In this document: positions 29,097 to 41,341 of the stretch, piece by piece
Numbering within the stretch: the first letter of the stretch is position 1
How the letters are laid out: each line of letters begins with the position of its first letter
Source of the DNA: Trichoplax adhaerens
Taxonomy: Eukaryota > Animalia > Placozoa
Assembly (NCBI RefSeq): GCF_000150275.1
Contig: NW_002060944.1
Span: 1,660,911 to 1,724,910, forward strand
Reading direction: 5' to 3'
Length of the DNA: 64,000 bases
Notes under the pieces: generated by a model
The model's input: only the letters and a program-made list of their open reading frames with translations
The model's database searches: none
Told to the model about the DNA's origin: nothing
Translations under genes and position numbers: made by a program

Positions 29097-30787
29097 ATGA
29101 AGACTCGTGTACAATTCATCTTTTTGACCTTGTTGGTTTTCTTGGAGATATCAAGCGCATGTACACACCCTAAGCAACTACAGGGTATTTTAGCAGATGC
29201 AATAGCGACTAAAAAAATGCAACCAGGCGCCAAATTAGACTTACTAGAACTTGGAATCCGTTATTATTACGACTCTGTACTGCAGAAGATTCGTCTTGAC
29301 GAAAATATCGATGGAACCCGAATTACAGTTATTCAAGATTATAAACGGGTACAACATCCAAATACACGTATTTTGTGCAATAGCTGCTCGAAATTATAAC
29401 GTATACGTACGTATAATACGGATATACATTTGGCTCAATTTTCCGACGATTTCGTCAGAAAAGTGTTCGTGTGCCAAGCTGATTGGCTGGTAGTGAACGT
29501 CGTTCTTATCAATGTTGTCAATTTCTTTCTCACACTCTGTAAGAAATTTGTAAATCGGCGAGCGCTTAGGGAAGACAGGATCATTATAAATCAGTATGAG
29601 ACCGCATCGATTGATTAAATAGATCTTACGTGATTACAGTACTTAGGGAATCGTATTAATATTGATCGCTTTTATTTGACAATGCGCGTGCAATAGTAAC
29701 TGTTTCAAGTCGAGAAATCAGAAAAGTTACAGGTGCATCATGCAGTCTTATGAAAAAGTAAATCTATACCCGTATACCTGATTGATATTTTTTGATTTTA
29801 TCCTTATTACGAGATGTATTTCCCTTTCCCAGTTTGAGTGCTGATTGATCTCACCGTCAATCCAATCGAATTAACCTAATTATTAGTCTTTGGTACATAC
29901 CTGTAGTAATAAGTTAACGAATCTGTACCGTGTTCGTACACATTAATTGTAAGTATACTAGTCTTTTACTCCGTTGCGTTGCCGACGGATCGGACTCATA
30001 ACGTTAGCTTGGATCAAATCCAATAGATGGACTAACGATTTTTAAATTATGCATCATATACAAATGGGCTTTAATTGATAAGCAATTCAACTATTCTCTC
30101 CTTTAACTCTTGTTTTTAGCACAAGTCTTACACTATCATCAATGGTGATAAATGTACAAGCTCTAACTTAACACAACGCTTTCCAGATTACCCACCACGT
30201 AAGTATTTGGCTGTGTGAACATTTAGCATCATTCATTTTCTAATCTTATTCTATTGTGATCAGTACTAAATAACTTTACCAAGTGGGACTTAAAATTCTG
30301 GTTTAAGCATTTAAGCGTCATTTATTGGCTTAACTCATTGTTATATTATTTCAAAAATCTAGAAGATATAAAATCACTCGGAACTTTTGAATTTGGAGGA
30401 TCAAGGAATAAAATTCAAGTCGATGGCTATTCATTCATTTTTCAGGGCACATCTGTTCAACTTTTCTTTAACTCAAAGAATTGTATTCCAGTAGCTGAAA
30501 CTGCATATATTCAAATGCCGAATCAATTGTCTTTATCAGCTATTGCATTTTCCAATATGACCGCAAGTATCACAGATCCTTCCGTATTTAACCTACCTCC
30601 CGTATGTTCCGAATTCGCCACAACGACTCTTGAGGTTAGTAATAACAACAACAGAAGTGTATGTTAACCTTGATAAAAGCACTAGCTGTATGCCTCTAAA
30701 ATCGGTTTGCTCTTTTTTTTACAGAGGTTCGATCCTATCCACCATGCTAGGTTAAGATTTGCTGAAAGACATGTACGCTTACACTAA
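29097..30787 (+). CDS. Ependymin-related secreted protein E4 (4-Cys type)
   Basis: Exons 29097-29348, 30120-30198, 30363-30634, 30725-30787. Signal peptide; CTHPKQLQG, YYYDSVLQKIR, KCTSS, FGG, CIPVAE, ITDPSVFNLPPVC; His/Arg-rich tail RFDPIHHARLRFAERHVRLH. Confidence 0.88.
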
Positions 30788-33714
30788 CAGCTTGGATTAG
30801 AAGAAAACATATCCTAGATGTCCTGTATCCCATAATTCCGTTATACGCGACCAGTATTGATAAGAGAAAGGATTAGTCTATAGGCATTTCGTTATTCTAC
30901 ATTTTATGTTGTAATTAAGAAGTTACTTAATTAACTGTAAATTACATTAATAAATGAACTTCTATTCTTCTTGTTATCTCAAAATCGAATTTTTATTATT
31001 ACAAGACTCACTTCCTATTGATAAATCTAAAAAATCACTTTTCCAGTGTTAAATAAACGGTTTCCAAAAATTTGCTAGCAATCACCAACAGTTAGGTCGT
31101 ATTCACAATCTACTCCAGATTCATTGCTCCGTTCCTTCTATAGTAACAGGAGTATAAACGTGAAACTAGACAATCAGCTTGTAGCAGTTCTTTCTTGAAC
31201 TGTAAAGGCTGCTTGATAGGAAGGGAAGCTATTTTTATACTATTTGTTTACGAATTAAATATTGTCAACAAGGTTCTACGAGTCACATTGGTATAGATAG
31301 GTAGGAATATACTGTATCTTAAGTTTATATTAACAAAGTTCTTACTCTTATTTCGGGCTTTAACCAGCTATTATGCATAATACGCGGGATTCGGGCTTTA
31401 GCCGTAACATTAACCTTAAGATAATAATAACGTACAGCGAATGGACAGGATGTTAAGTCAGTGAGGTTATGAAGCAGAAATTAGTATTATTTATAGCAGT
31501 GTTTTGCATCTTACTTCTTATTCACTCCGAAATTCGAAACGAATTAGGCTCTCCCAATCGCAAAACACTGATTTGTAGCTTATAAAACGACATACGAGTA
31601 TGTAGAGAGCATAGCTGCACAATTAAAATAACGCATTCCTGTCTACTGTAAGTACTATACTGTATATCAAGTGATTGTAAAGCTGTAGCTAGGAACTATA
31701 GGTGCCGTAAATGACTACATACGACTATCTATATTTGAAATGTATAATACAAATCAAAGGTCTGAATTTAGAGACCTCCACGGTCTGATCCGGATCAATT
31801 AAATTTTTTGATAAAAAGATTTAGAACGATGATAAACGCGTACATTCCTCATTACGTGACGTGGACCACGATTTTACTCATACACTATTTACTACCATGC
31901 TTACTGCAATGCGATACATTAGTTTTAAGATATACAAGAAGACATGCACGATAGCACATTTTCCGACGCATTAGTTTGCCTTATTAACTCCTTTGTGGCA
32001 TTGAATCTGTCAGCTGTAGGGTTATATATTCTTGATGAGCAGGTAGCGTTTAATTGACAATTAAAGTTAGGAGACGATACATAGATAAGTTACCTTCGTG
32101 GTGATGAGATTAAGGACAAGCAGCGAGAGCAATGTAATCTACGTGTATGTGTATTCATACGTTACTCATTCACAGTCCAATCTTGAGAACTAATCTACTG
32201 TTGCAGTAAGTTTTGTATATCTACTGTATCGTTATTATTTGCAGGTTTACTAAACAGCATACAGTTGATGACTAGTACAGTCACAATATCAGAGATGCGA
32301 TAGGATATTCCGTTGGTACGCGTATGATGTAAGTGACAGAGAGCCAATATTTGGACTAATTAATGTAATTAGTTATCAGAACATTATGACTGTTCACGTA
32401 CTGTACCAACAAGTTCTCAGAGCTAGAGCAAGCCCATTACTTCATATGTCAGATAAACTACTATATGATACCGGGTACCGTACATCGCAAAAAAAACTCA
32501 GATACGGAGACTGTTGCTGGATTTATTTGCAGTCTGAACGTGGAATTCGCGTAGCTCGCATTTTTTGAGTTGAAAACTAGCACGAATTTAATGAAGCTAA
32601 CGAAAATTTACATACATATATACTGGCAATAAGATAATTAATAAGAAAAAAATCACTTTATATATATATTACGAAATCGAAATCTAGAGGTACCGAACTA
32701 ATAGCAATATAAACAATAATCACGAAAGTAAATTACATGCTTCATAGATTTATTAAATTAAGTATCTTTTTTACAATTCACCAACCCGTTAATATTATAT
32801 AACATATATATTACTGCCAGTGGCCGATTATGGATTTGGCCGTAACTTATATATAATCCAGACAATCGTAAGTCAGCACGACTAATTCAGCACATTGATA
32901 GATTCTCCTCGTTGTAGTCCTTTAATAATAACTTTTGCACTGTATGTTGCCAATCAAAGTTCTGCTAATATTAGGTATGCCATAACACGTAATACAATAT
33001 GGTACGTAATATTTATGTAAAACTCGTTAATATTCTACGACAATAATTTGAGCAATGCAACAAATTTAAATAAAGTACTTCAACGATAAAGTTTTAGATA
33101 TTTTTTGTCGCTGAAGAAATCCAACAACAGGTTTCTGAAACTGATCAATATTAAAATATTTCATCCTTATCGTATTCGCATATCTACAGATTTTACTACT
33201 TGTTTCGTAAGCGATTGCAAGAATCCTCTATAAGGCAGTTACTAGTTTTATGACTCCTAAAATCTAACATCTTCTATAGTAGTACTGTTATGATATCTTC
33301 CCGTATTGTTCTGGTCGAAACATTACGAACCGTAATTTACGGTCAATATGTAAATTTTATTAAACGTTACTATAATAAGAACTTTTCATTATTATTATGT
33401 AAATCAACTGCCACGGTGTTAATACAATACTATACCATCAATGTGAAACAGGTTGTCAAGTAAACGATAGACGTCAACCAGGATTTCAAAAAATCATGAT
33501 TAATGATTAATTACAATAATAAAGCGTTGTATTACTTACCTATTAATAACATTACTATACTACTTATAATATTCCTTTTTAACAATATTAGCATTATTTC
33601 CGGTCAGCTAATTGGGTTGACGGCAACTAGTTGCCAGCTTCATTGACAATTTTTGAAATAGGCAAAATATTGGAACTCGCGGAGAAGAAAAACTAGAGCA
33701 TCACCAATACAGTT

Positions 33715-35823
33715 ATGCGTTATATCCTTGTTTTGGCAACATTAATCACCATGGCTCTAGGCTGTTGCCTGCCAGAAAGATTTCTAGTTAACATTGATAC
33801 TTATAACCCACGCATTCGTAGTAATCTTAATCTTACAAGTCATTCAATGATATATGCTTATGATTCCATTAATAACAAGATAATGGTGAAGTATTCAGAG
33901 AGCAAGAAAATCATTTATGATTATCTAAATGTATGTTTTCTAATGACTAGCGATATGTAATGATTGTAAATTATGTAACAGTTACTCTAGTTTACTTAAT
34001 TCATCATAAATTCAACTGGGGTGCTTGGTAGTCCATTAGTGCAAGTATCTTATAGCTTTAAACTAAACCCATACTCATGGATCACTAATTACTCTGAAAA
34101 TTTAGTAATTCATATTCCTACGCACGTATTAAGCAGAATCGTATTAACATTACGCCACTACAGAGATCATAATAATTCCAGTCGATAACTTCTTATGTTA
34201 GTCATTCAAATCGACAGTATATCACTGTAATAAAATTTAAATCCAAAGAAAATATCAGTGGATATTAATAGCTTTTACTACAATTTATTGGAAGTCTATT
34301 GTTAACGAATTATTATATATACATCTGGCAAAACATCATCAGCCATCTTACAAGTTTCTATAGCTTCCTATTACATTTTTCATATACTTTAGTCGGCAAT
34401 ACTATTGCAATTATCATGATAGATATGATATCTCTACTAGTATAGGTCTCTATTAACTTCAATAACTATTTAAATCAGTTAATCTGCTAACGTTACAATC
34501 ACTAAGACTATTCAGGAATACTGCTTTAAAGTTTTGCTCTATTTTGGAAATAGGGTTTCCTGTATAATCAAGTCAATGCCACACACTGCATCAGTTCCAG
34601 GATATCCACCAGGAATTTACAGAAAATCTGCCTATCTATACGTAAGAGCAAGATAAAGTGTTTTCAACCTTAGAATTAGATTATCTACCAGAAATCTCCC
34701 TTACAGTAATGGATAATATACAATAGACAAGCTAATATTTTTTATTTTTTCGTATTTACTGCTCTTCAATATGAATATATACTGAACTCAACTTAAAAAT
34801 TTCCAATATGAGAAGCTTAGCCATTTTTCACACATCCATATTTCTCTCACCTTTTTTATATATCAAAAATAAATATATATATATTCAATATTCATAAGCT
34901 TCAGTGAGTGTGTACGAATAACATCTCAAATAGCAATTAGCACTGTCTAGTACCGTATCTTTTCATCTTCACTACTTTAAATAAGATGAAAAATTATAAC
35001 TGTATCTCAAAAATCTATTACAAAATAATATCAACTCAATTAGAAATAATCAACCGATAGAGGTGTAATTGCAACACATACTTCTACTTTGTAGTAAACA
35101 ATAGTGCGATGGGCCACTACAATCTCGGTGCCGGTAAACTGCCTTTCACGGCGTACGGAAAACGAACTGTTTCTGCCAATGTGGCCCGCGGATGGATATA
35201 TACAATATCGGAAGGCTGTTTGCCATTGACTACAACATCTTACTCAAATGATGTCAAACGCGGATACGCCTCTACAGCTGTATGGACTAACATGAAATTG
35301 CAATTTAATAGCTCTGTCTTATTCCGTCCATCTCAATCTTGTCAATCAACCGCAAGTTCTACGCGTCACATTAATGTAAGTCATTTATTTTATTATTGGC
35401 CACTAGTATATGCTGATATTTGCGATCTGTTAGCGAACTGCTTAAAGGGTTCGTTAATCTGTGAAATATTATACCGGCTTTTGGAGAAAATATAACAGCA
35501 TACAGTAGCTACTATCGATTATTCATTAATGTACAATTGTTTCCTAGGAATTTGATTTGATGAAAGACATTCACAGTAAATCTAGTCAACCGTTAGATGA
35601 GAAAAAAACTAAATTTATAAGTAGAATAAATAAATTCATGGATAAAGTTGAGATGGAACGTCAGCAAGAAAACCTTCGTTATCTAGAAGAAATGAAGCAG
35701 CGCCAGGAAAAGTATCGTATGCAGCAGGAACTAGAGACATACGAACGTTTAGCAGAATCAGAACTCAGGGAAGAAGACGGTAACTATGAAGATGATGATG
35801 ATGAGGATTTGAATTGGGAATAA
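33715..35823 (+). CDS. Ependymin-related secreted protein E5 (cationic core, long acidic tail)
   Basis: Exons 33715-33930, 34554-34641, 35095-35375, 35548-35823. Signal peptide; CCLPERF, YAYDSINNK, GHYNLGAGKLPF, CLPL, LFRPSQSC; tail ends EEDGNYEDDDDEDLNWE. Confidence 0.82.
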
Positions 35824-37796
35824 ATTATATCAACGAAAATCTTTCCAAGCTACCGCGTCCCATTTTGCAGCATCTATATAAAATTAATGGTCATATAATC
35901 TACTTATCGCTAGTTAAACCTTGTCTAACTGATCCTTTCATCGTTGACAAGAAAACTGAATGGTCTATATAGTGATGATATCTTACACTTATATTTAACG
36001 TATCACTGCACCTATCGTAATTAATCTAGCTTTCTAATTCATTTCCCTTGAGATTATTAATTTACTTAGTATGTTAGCTCTGTAACAATAAGTTGTTTAA
36101 CTCATGATCAACACTTGAGTTATTACAACAATTCGATAGTTTCCATTTAATAATGAATCATTCAATAAAAAAGCAAGGTAGTCAACTCTTATCTCAAAGG
36201 CTAAATTTTTCGAATAAATTTATCGTGGCATAACTCGCTCTACGTAAAACACTTGTATTTCAGACACTAAAATTTGGTCTGATCAAGGCCATGAAATAAT
36301 AACACCATAACATCAATCAAATGTACTGTTCAATGACTTTTTACAGCCATTCTAACTACACTATAAATGTAAGGATAAAGTATGTAAAGTTAGCAAAAGT
36401 CATCACCAAAATTTATTTATTTTAACAATCTTCGACTCATTCTCAACGATGTAATATTATAACACGAAACTTTCTTATAATTAACTGAGAATATAGTATT
36501 GAATACAGTTCATTCAATAAAGGACTTGATCGATCTGACAATGACTAGTAAGCAATCATGTAATACTTCAATTAATATACTATAATTAGCGACGTTAGGA
36601 GCCTTATTTGCGATTAAATTTTGTACTATAAATTTTATCGTGAAATATCTATACAACATCAACAGTATGTGAATTATTTCCATTCACTCAGAAGTGAATT
36701 AAAAATACAATAGGGCAAGAGCGTAAAGTATTTCAGAAAAGGAGTTCTTATTACCGCCTCATTCAGTCATTGAACGAATCTAAGGTTATGAACTAAATAA
36801 TTACACTAAAGGAATAAATTAATTGTTATAAATGAGTTTAGAATCTCCGAAGAAGGTTCACCCTTCATGATAATGATGTCTTTAAGGGGCATTTAATAAT
36901 AGCTTGGTAAGAAGGCGGCTCGATTTGAGTTTGTTATATTAAGAAGTCTCTTCAATTATCGTCTTATATTATTGTTTTTCACTATTATTATTTTGTTTAA
37001 TCTTAAATTGACGATACACGTCATAACTATACGAAAATAATAGCAGGCGGTATGTTGTACTGACTTCTTTCGTAAAGCTAGTTAGATAATGGAATCTTCG
37101 TTTCGTAAACAATTAATAGAATATCAGTGGTTTAGCTATACGCTCACGTTCGTATGAATAGTTATTATAATTGACAATCACAACCTAAAGGCCATAAATC
37201 AATTAACTTAATTACCCCGGTGAGATTAATCTTAAAACGTTTCGCATAACACTTTTTAAGATTTAAAATTAAATAGTTCAAATTACAGTAACTGCAGTTG
37301 CTAATTTTATCGCCGTTTAATTAAGAGATCAATATTATTAATTCTTCATTGGTTTACTATATATAATTTATATGCCAGTCTAAAGTAGGATAAACATGTA
37401 TCTACATGAGCAATGAATTAGCCGGCATTACTTTATTGCGTAAAAATTTGTAAGAGTGGAGTCAGTAGCTCATACCCACCCTACCTGACGGCTCAGTAAG
37501 GTGCTAAAGACAATATCCTTCTTGTCAGAAAGATCTTCTTTTAGGCAGTTGAGATAATAATAATTATGAGCTAAAAGACAAAGCATTGACAAGCATTAAG
37601 GCAATCTAAAGGTCATTGAATGTGCACAGCATTAGATAGCATAGAAATAAAATGGGAATTTGACAATAAGATGATAGAGAATAGTTTACGAGTTATTCAC
37701 AAGATTGCCTTAAGCGGTTTATACGTCTATGTTAATTATTCATATCGGCAACTAAGACTCCACCCCTATTATCTCTACGGTTTTTTGTCAATCTAG

Positions 37797-37806
37797 CTAT
37801 ATAAAT
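37797..37806 (+). promoter_or_regulatory. TATA box of E6
   Basis: CTATATAAAT about 120 bp upstream of the ATG at 37922. Confidence 0.45.
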
Positions 37807-37921
37807 AACCTAAGCGCCCTAAATTAAGGCAATCAAATATTTCGCTATATCTCACTCAACGATTTAGCAGTTTTGAGAATTACTCTTAAGTCTTGTTGTT
37901 GTTACTGTATCAAAATACGCC

Positions 37922-38982
37922 ATGATTCGCTATATTTTTGTCGTTGCCATTTTTATCTCTCTAGCTTCATGTTGCTGCTATCCAAACCAATTTCATGCTT
38001 ATGTTGGTTACATGTCTAATTATAAATATGGCAATACTGCACAACACACATCATCAGCAATGCAAATATGGTACGACCACTGCAATAATCGAGCCAGATA
38101 TGATTATCCCAAATATAAACTCTCTTACATCTACAACTATCAAATGGTTAGATAACGGATAGAACCTACAAAATCATAACCACTGATAATATTGTATAGT
38201 GTATTGATTCAAGAGGCGATTCATATTTTCTAGGGAGAATACGTTTATATGCAAAACGGTACTTGCCGTGCTTACACATTACGTGGTAATCTGACCAAAT
38301 TGTGTACTCCAAGTAAGACATATTGTATCACCATTGCCTGTAAAAGTTGAATTATTATAACATGTGCCGTACATTCAAGTAATAAACTGATATTGCTGAT
38401 TTTAGAGCATAACTATTAATCTATTATCTTTTTATAATGAACTTCCTAATAGAGGGGTCACATTTGATCAATTTGGGTACCTACAACTTTGGAGCCGGAA
38501 AATTGCCTTTCCATGTCTCTGGCTACTTTAGAAATTATAAAACTGGCAGTTATGGATCAATATATTCTTATTCTACAGATTGTGTACCTCTAGCAAGTGG
38601 TGGATACTCCAAAAATAAAAGAGGTTATTCAGTCTGGGGAAGTTCTTGGGTAAATATGACGATTGGAATAAGTAATCTAGGTGTTTTTGATAAACCGAAG
38701 AATTGCAAAGGATTTACCCGAGGAATAGTTAACCAGGTTCATATATTCTCGATATTTCAACGTTATAATATCTGTCAGTTTAATTATAAATGTTATTGTA
38801 TACAATAATTTAGCCTACATTACCAACTATTCAATTAATATTATCTTACATTATACAAAATTATTGCATGACAGGAATTGGACTTGATGGATGTCATCAA
38901 CAGATCTTTCAAAAAGGATGTTAGTACAGAAAAGGGCGAAAAATTCTCCAATATCATCGAAAATGTTTTCAGTAATATTTAG
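37922..38982 (+). CDS. Ependymin-related secreted protein E6 (cationic, Tyr/Gly/Ser-rich)
   Basis: Exons 37922-38146, 38234-38312, 38453-38736, 38875-38982. Signal peptide; CCCYPNQF, WYDHCNNRAR, CTP, GTYNFGAGKLPF, CVPL, IGISNLGVFDKPKNC; tail ELDLMDVINRSFKK... Confidence 0.87.
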
Positions 38983-41238
38983 ATGTGACTATATATGTCT
39001 CTATTTGCCAGTCACTATGCGTATTATTCGATAAACGTTATGAAATTTTATAACTTTATCAGTTAATAGCATATGTTAAAAGCAGCGAGTATCTTTAGTA
39101 TTGATTCATCTACATAAATTTTTGGGCTAGATAGTAGATTTTAGGCCTGATTTCTCCTAATTAATAATCGTCTATTTCGTAACTTGCGCATTGAAATTCA
39201 TCTGCTGACTGTTATAACTACCACAGCATTTCAATATTTAAAATGTATCGTACATCCATGACATTCGCTAAATAAAAATTCTGTCGTTGTCAACTTGTTT
39301 AGCATTGATGATGTTGCGTTCAATCTCGCTATAAATCGTTTTAGCGAAAAAGTAAATCGTAAACTTCTCTAATTTATGAGAATTTTCAAATTAATTCAAT
39401 TCTAGATTACCTATTTACTTTATCACATCACAAAGTCATGCTGAAATAGTGCACGAGATGGACTAGTAGGACTAGTATGAAGATCTACAATCGATAGCTA
39501 CTCGGAAGTTCAATGCGAATATAAGACTTCATTTATTGGGTTATAAAATAAAGTAATACTTGTACAAAGATAAAGTAAAATCAGACTAAACCTTACATAG
39601 TTTAAGAATATAATTTATTTAAAGCTGCGCTCAAATAGTGAATTTTCATATTAATTTACTTCGTAATAACCTTATTTCTCTTATAGTCTAATCATGTATT
39701 AAATATTTCATTAAAATATCAATTTAGAATTTCATACTTTTTCGAATTCACAAATAATTATTGTATTATTATATGTACTGTCTTTATCCCAGTCATATCT
39801 ACACATCCTGAACGCAAAGTAATTAAATGAAGGAAGTAATCAGTCCCACCGGACATTGGATACCAAAAAATCAATAGACTAAGTGAATTGAAAGAAAGCT
39901 ATTATTTTATGTCTTTGTTTTGTGCTTGCCAACAGGTTTGCGTTAACAACTATATTTGCATAATGTCTATTCATTTATTTAATCTCGCATAGAAAAATAC
40001 TATCTCTACAATCTTAAATGAAGCTAGAATGAGTTTTCAGCTTAACGTTCCTACATTTCATCCATTACTAGTTGACAACTATTTTATTTTTTAGCGAAAA
40101 TGGCATAAAAATTGTGCTGTACACTACTACTCTACATTATAACTAAATTAATTTAGCTGACGTCAATCATTCTATGATATAATATCTGAATTCAATGTCT
40201 ACTATTAACAAAATATAACATCGATGTGCAAGTATAAATAAAAGTAGGGAAAAAGAAGCGTAAAATTCGTTATTGAATAGACTTCATACATCAATCAATA
40301 ACATGAGTATCCGTTATATTCCAGACTTGAAAAAGACTAGTTGAAAATTCACAGCTATTAATATGAATGACTACTCGACGAAATCAATTATTATTATTTC
40401 GTGAGTAATATTAACTATCATTCTGTGAACGTGATATTGTGTATTGTGATCTCATAGTTACTTCCTCTTGGCTACAAAATAAATTCTTTTATTATCCTAT
40501 TTCATTAATTATAATTATGACTTATAAAGCATCCACAATAGTTTTTATTTCAATTAATTTAATGGAAATAGAATATATTTTGCTAGTACAATTTTAGGTA
40601 GCAATTTCTGTTGATATGGAGAACATGACGTTCTATATTATATCTCTTTCTGTTTAAAACACTCTCTAGGAAGAATATCAATTGATTATCCATAAAATAG
40701 TGTAAGAGAATTCAGACAATTTGGAAATACAAACGAGCTTTTAGTCTCCACATAGTTAATATTTTATTACTAAGAGATAAATGTTTTTAAGATTTATTAA
40801 TAACTGTCATTTATTAATTGATGTCAATCAAGGCACTTTGACGGTAATCATCTGATTCTCCTCGGAGCAATAAATCATCACACACAATAACTTATTGTGG
40901 CGGTAGCGTACATTAAATTTTTCTGAATTCATTATCTTTAAGATCAGCTAATGCACTACTATTAAAAGCAAGCAATATCTATTCATGTCTAAATCATTTA
41001 AATAGTTCATTAAAAGTTATAATGCGTCAGTATTTTTTACATAAATGACGTATTAGCACAATTGATAGTGGTAACAGTAATTGTTAGTTAACGTACTAAA
41101 TGGTGCATTTAATACACCCAAGTCAATTATGATCATCCTTCAACAACCTGTAGTGAACAATAGATGATCTATTGCCAAGTAACGCCTTTACTAAACCCCG
41201 TCAACGTTGATGGTGAATAATAGAATCAATTTAAAAGA

Positions 41239-41246
41239 TATAAAAG
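41239..41246 (+). promoter_or_regulatory. TATA box of E7
   Basis: TATAAAAG about 100 bp upstream of the ATG at 41342. Confidence 0.5.
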
Positions 41247-41341
41247 CCTGATTTTCTAGAGACGAGCAGATTTTTCTTAATCGTTGTGTAATTTTGCTAT
41301 AGAACGTGATTTAACGTTAGAGATTTCTGGAAATCGCAAAC

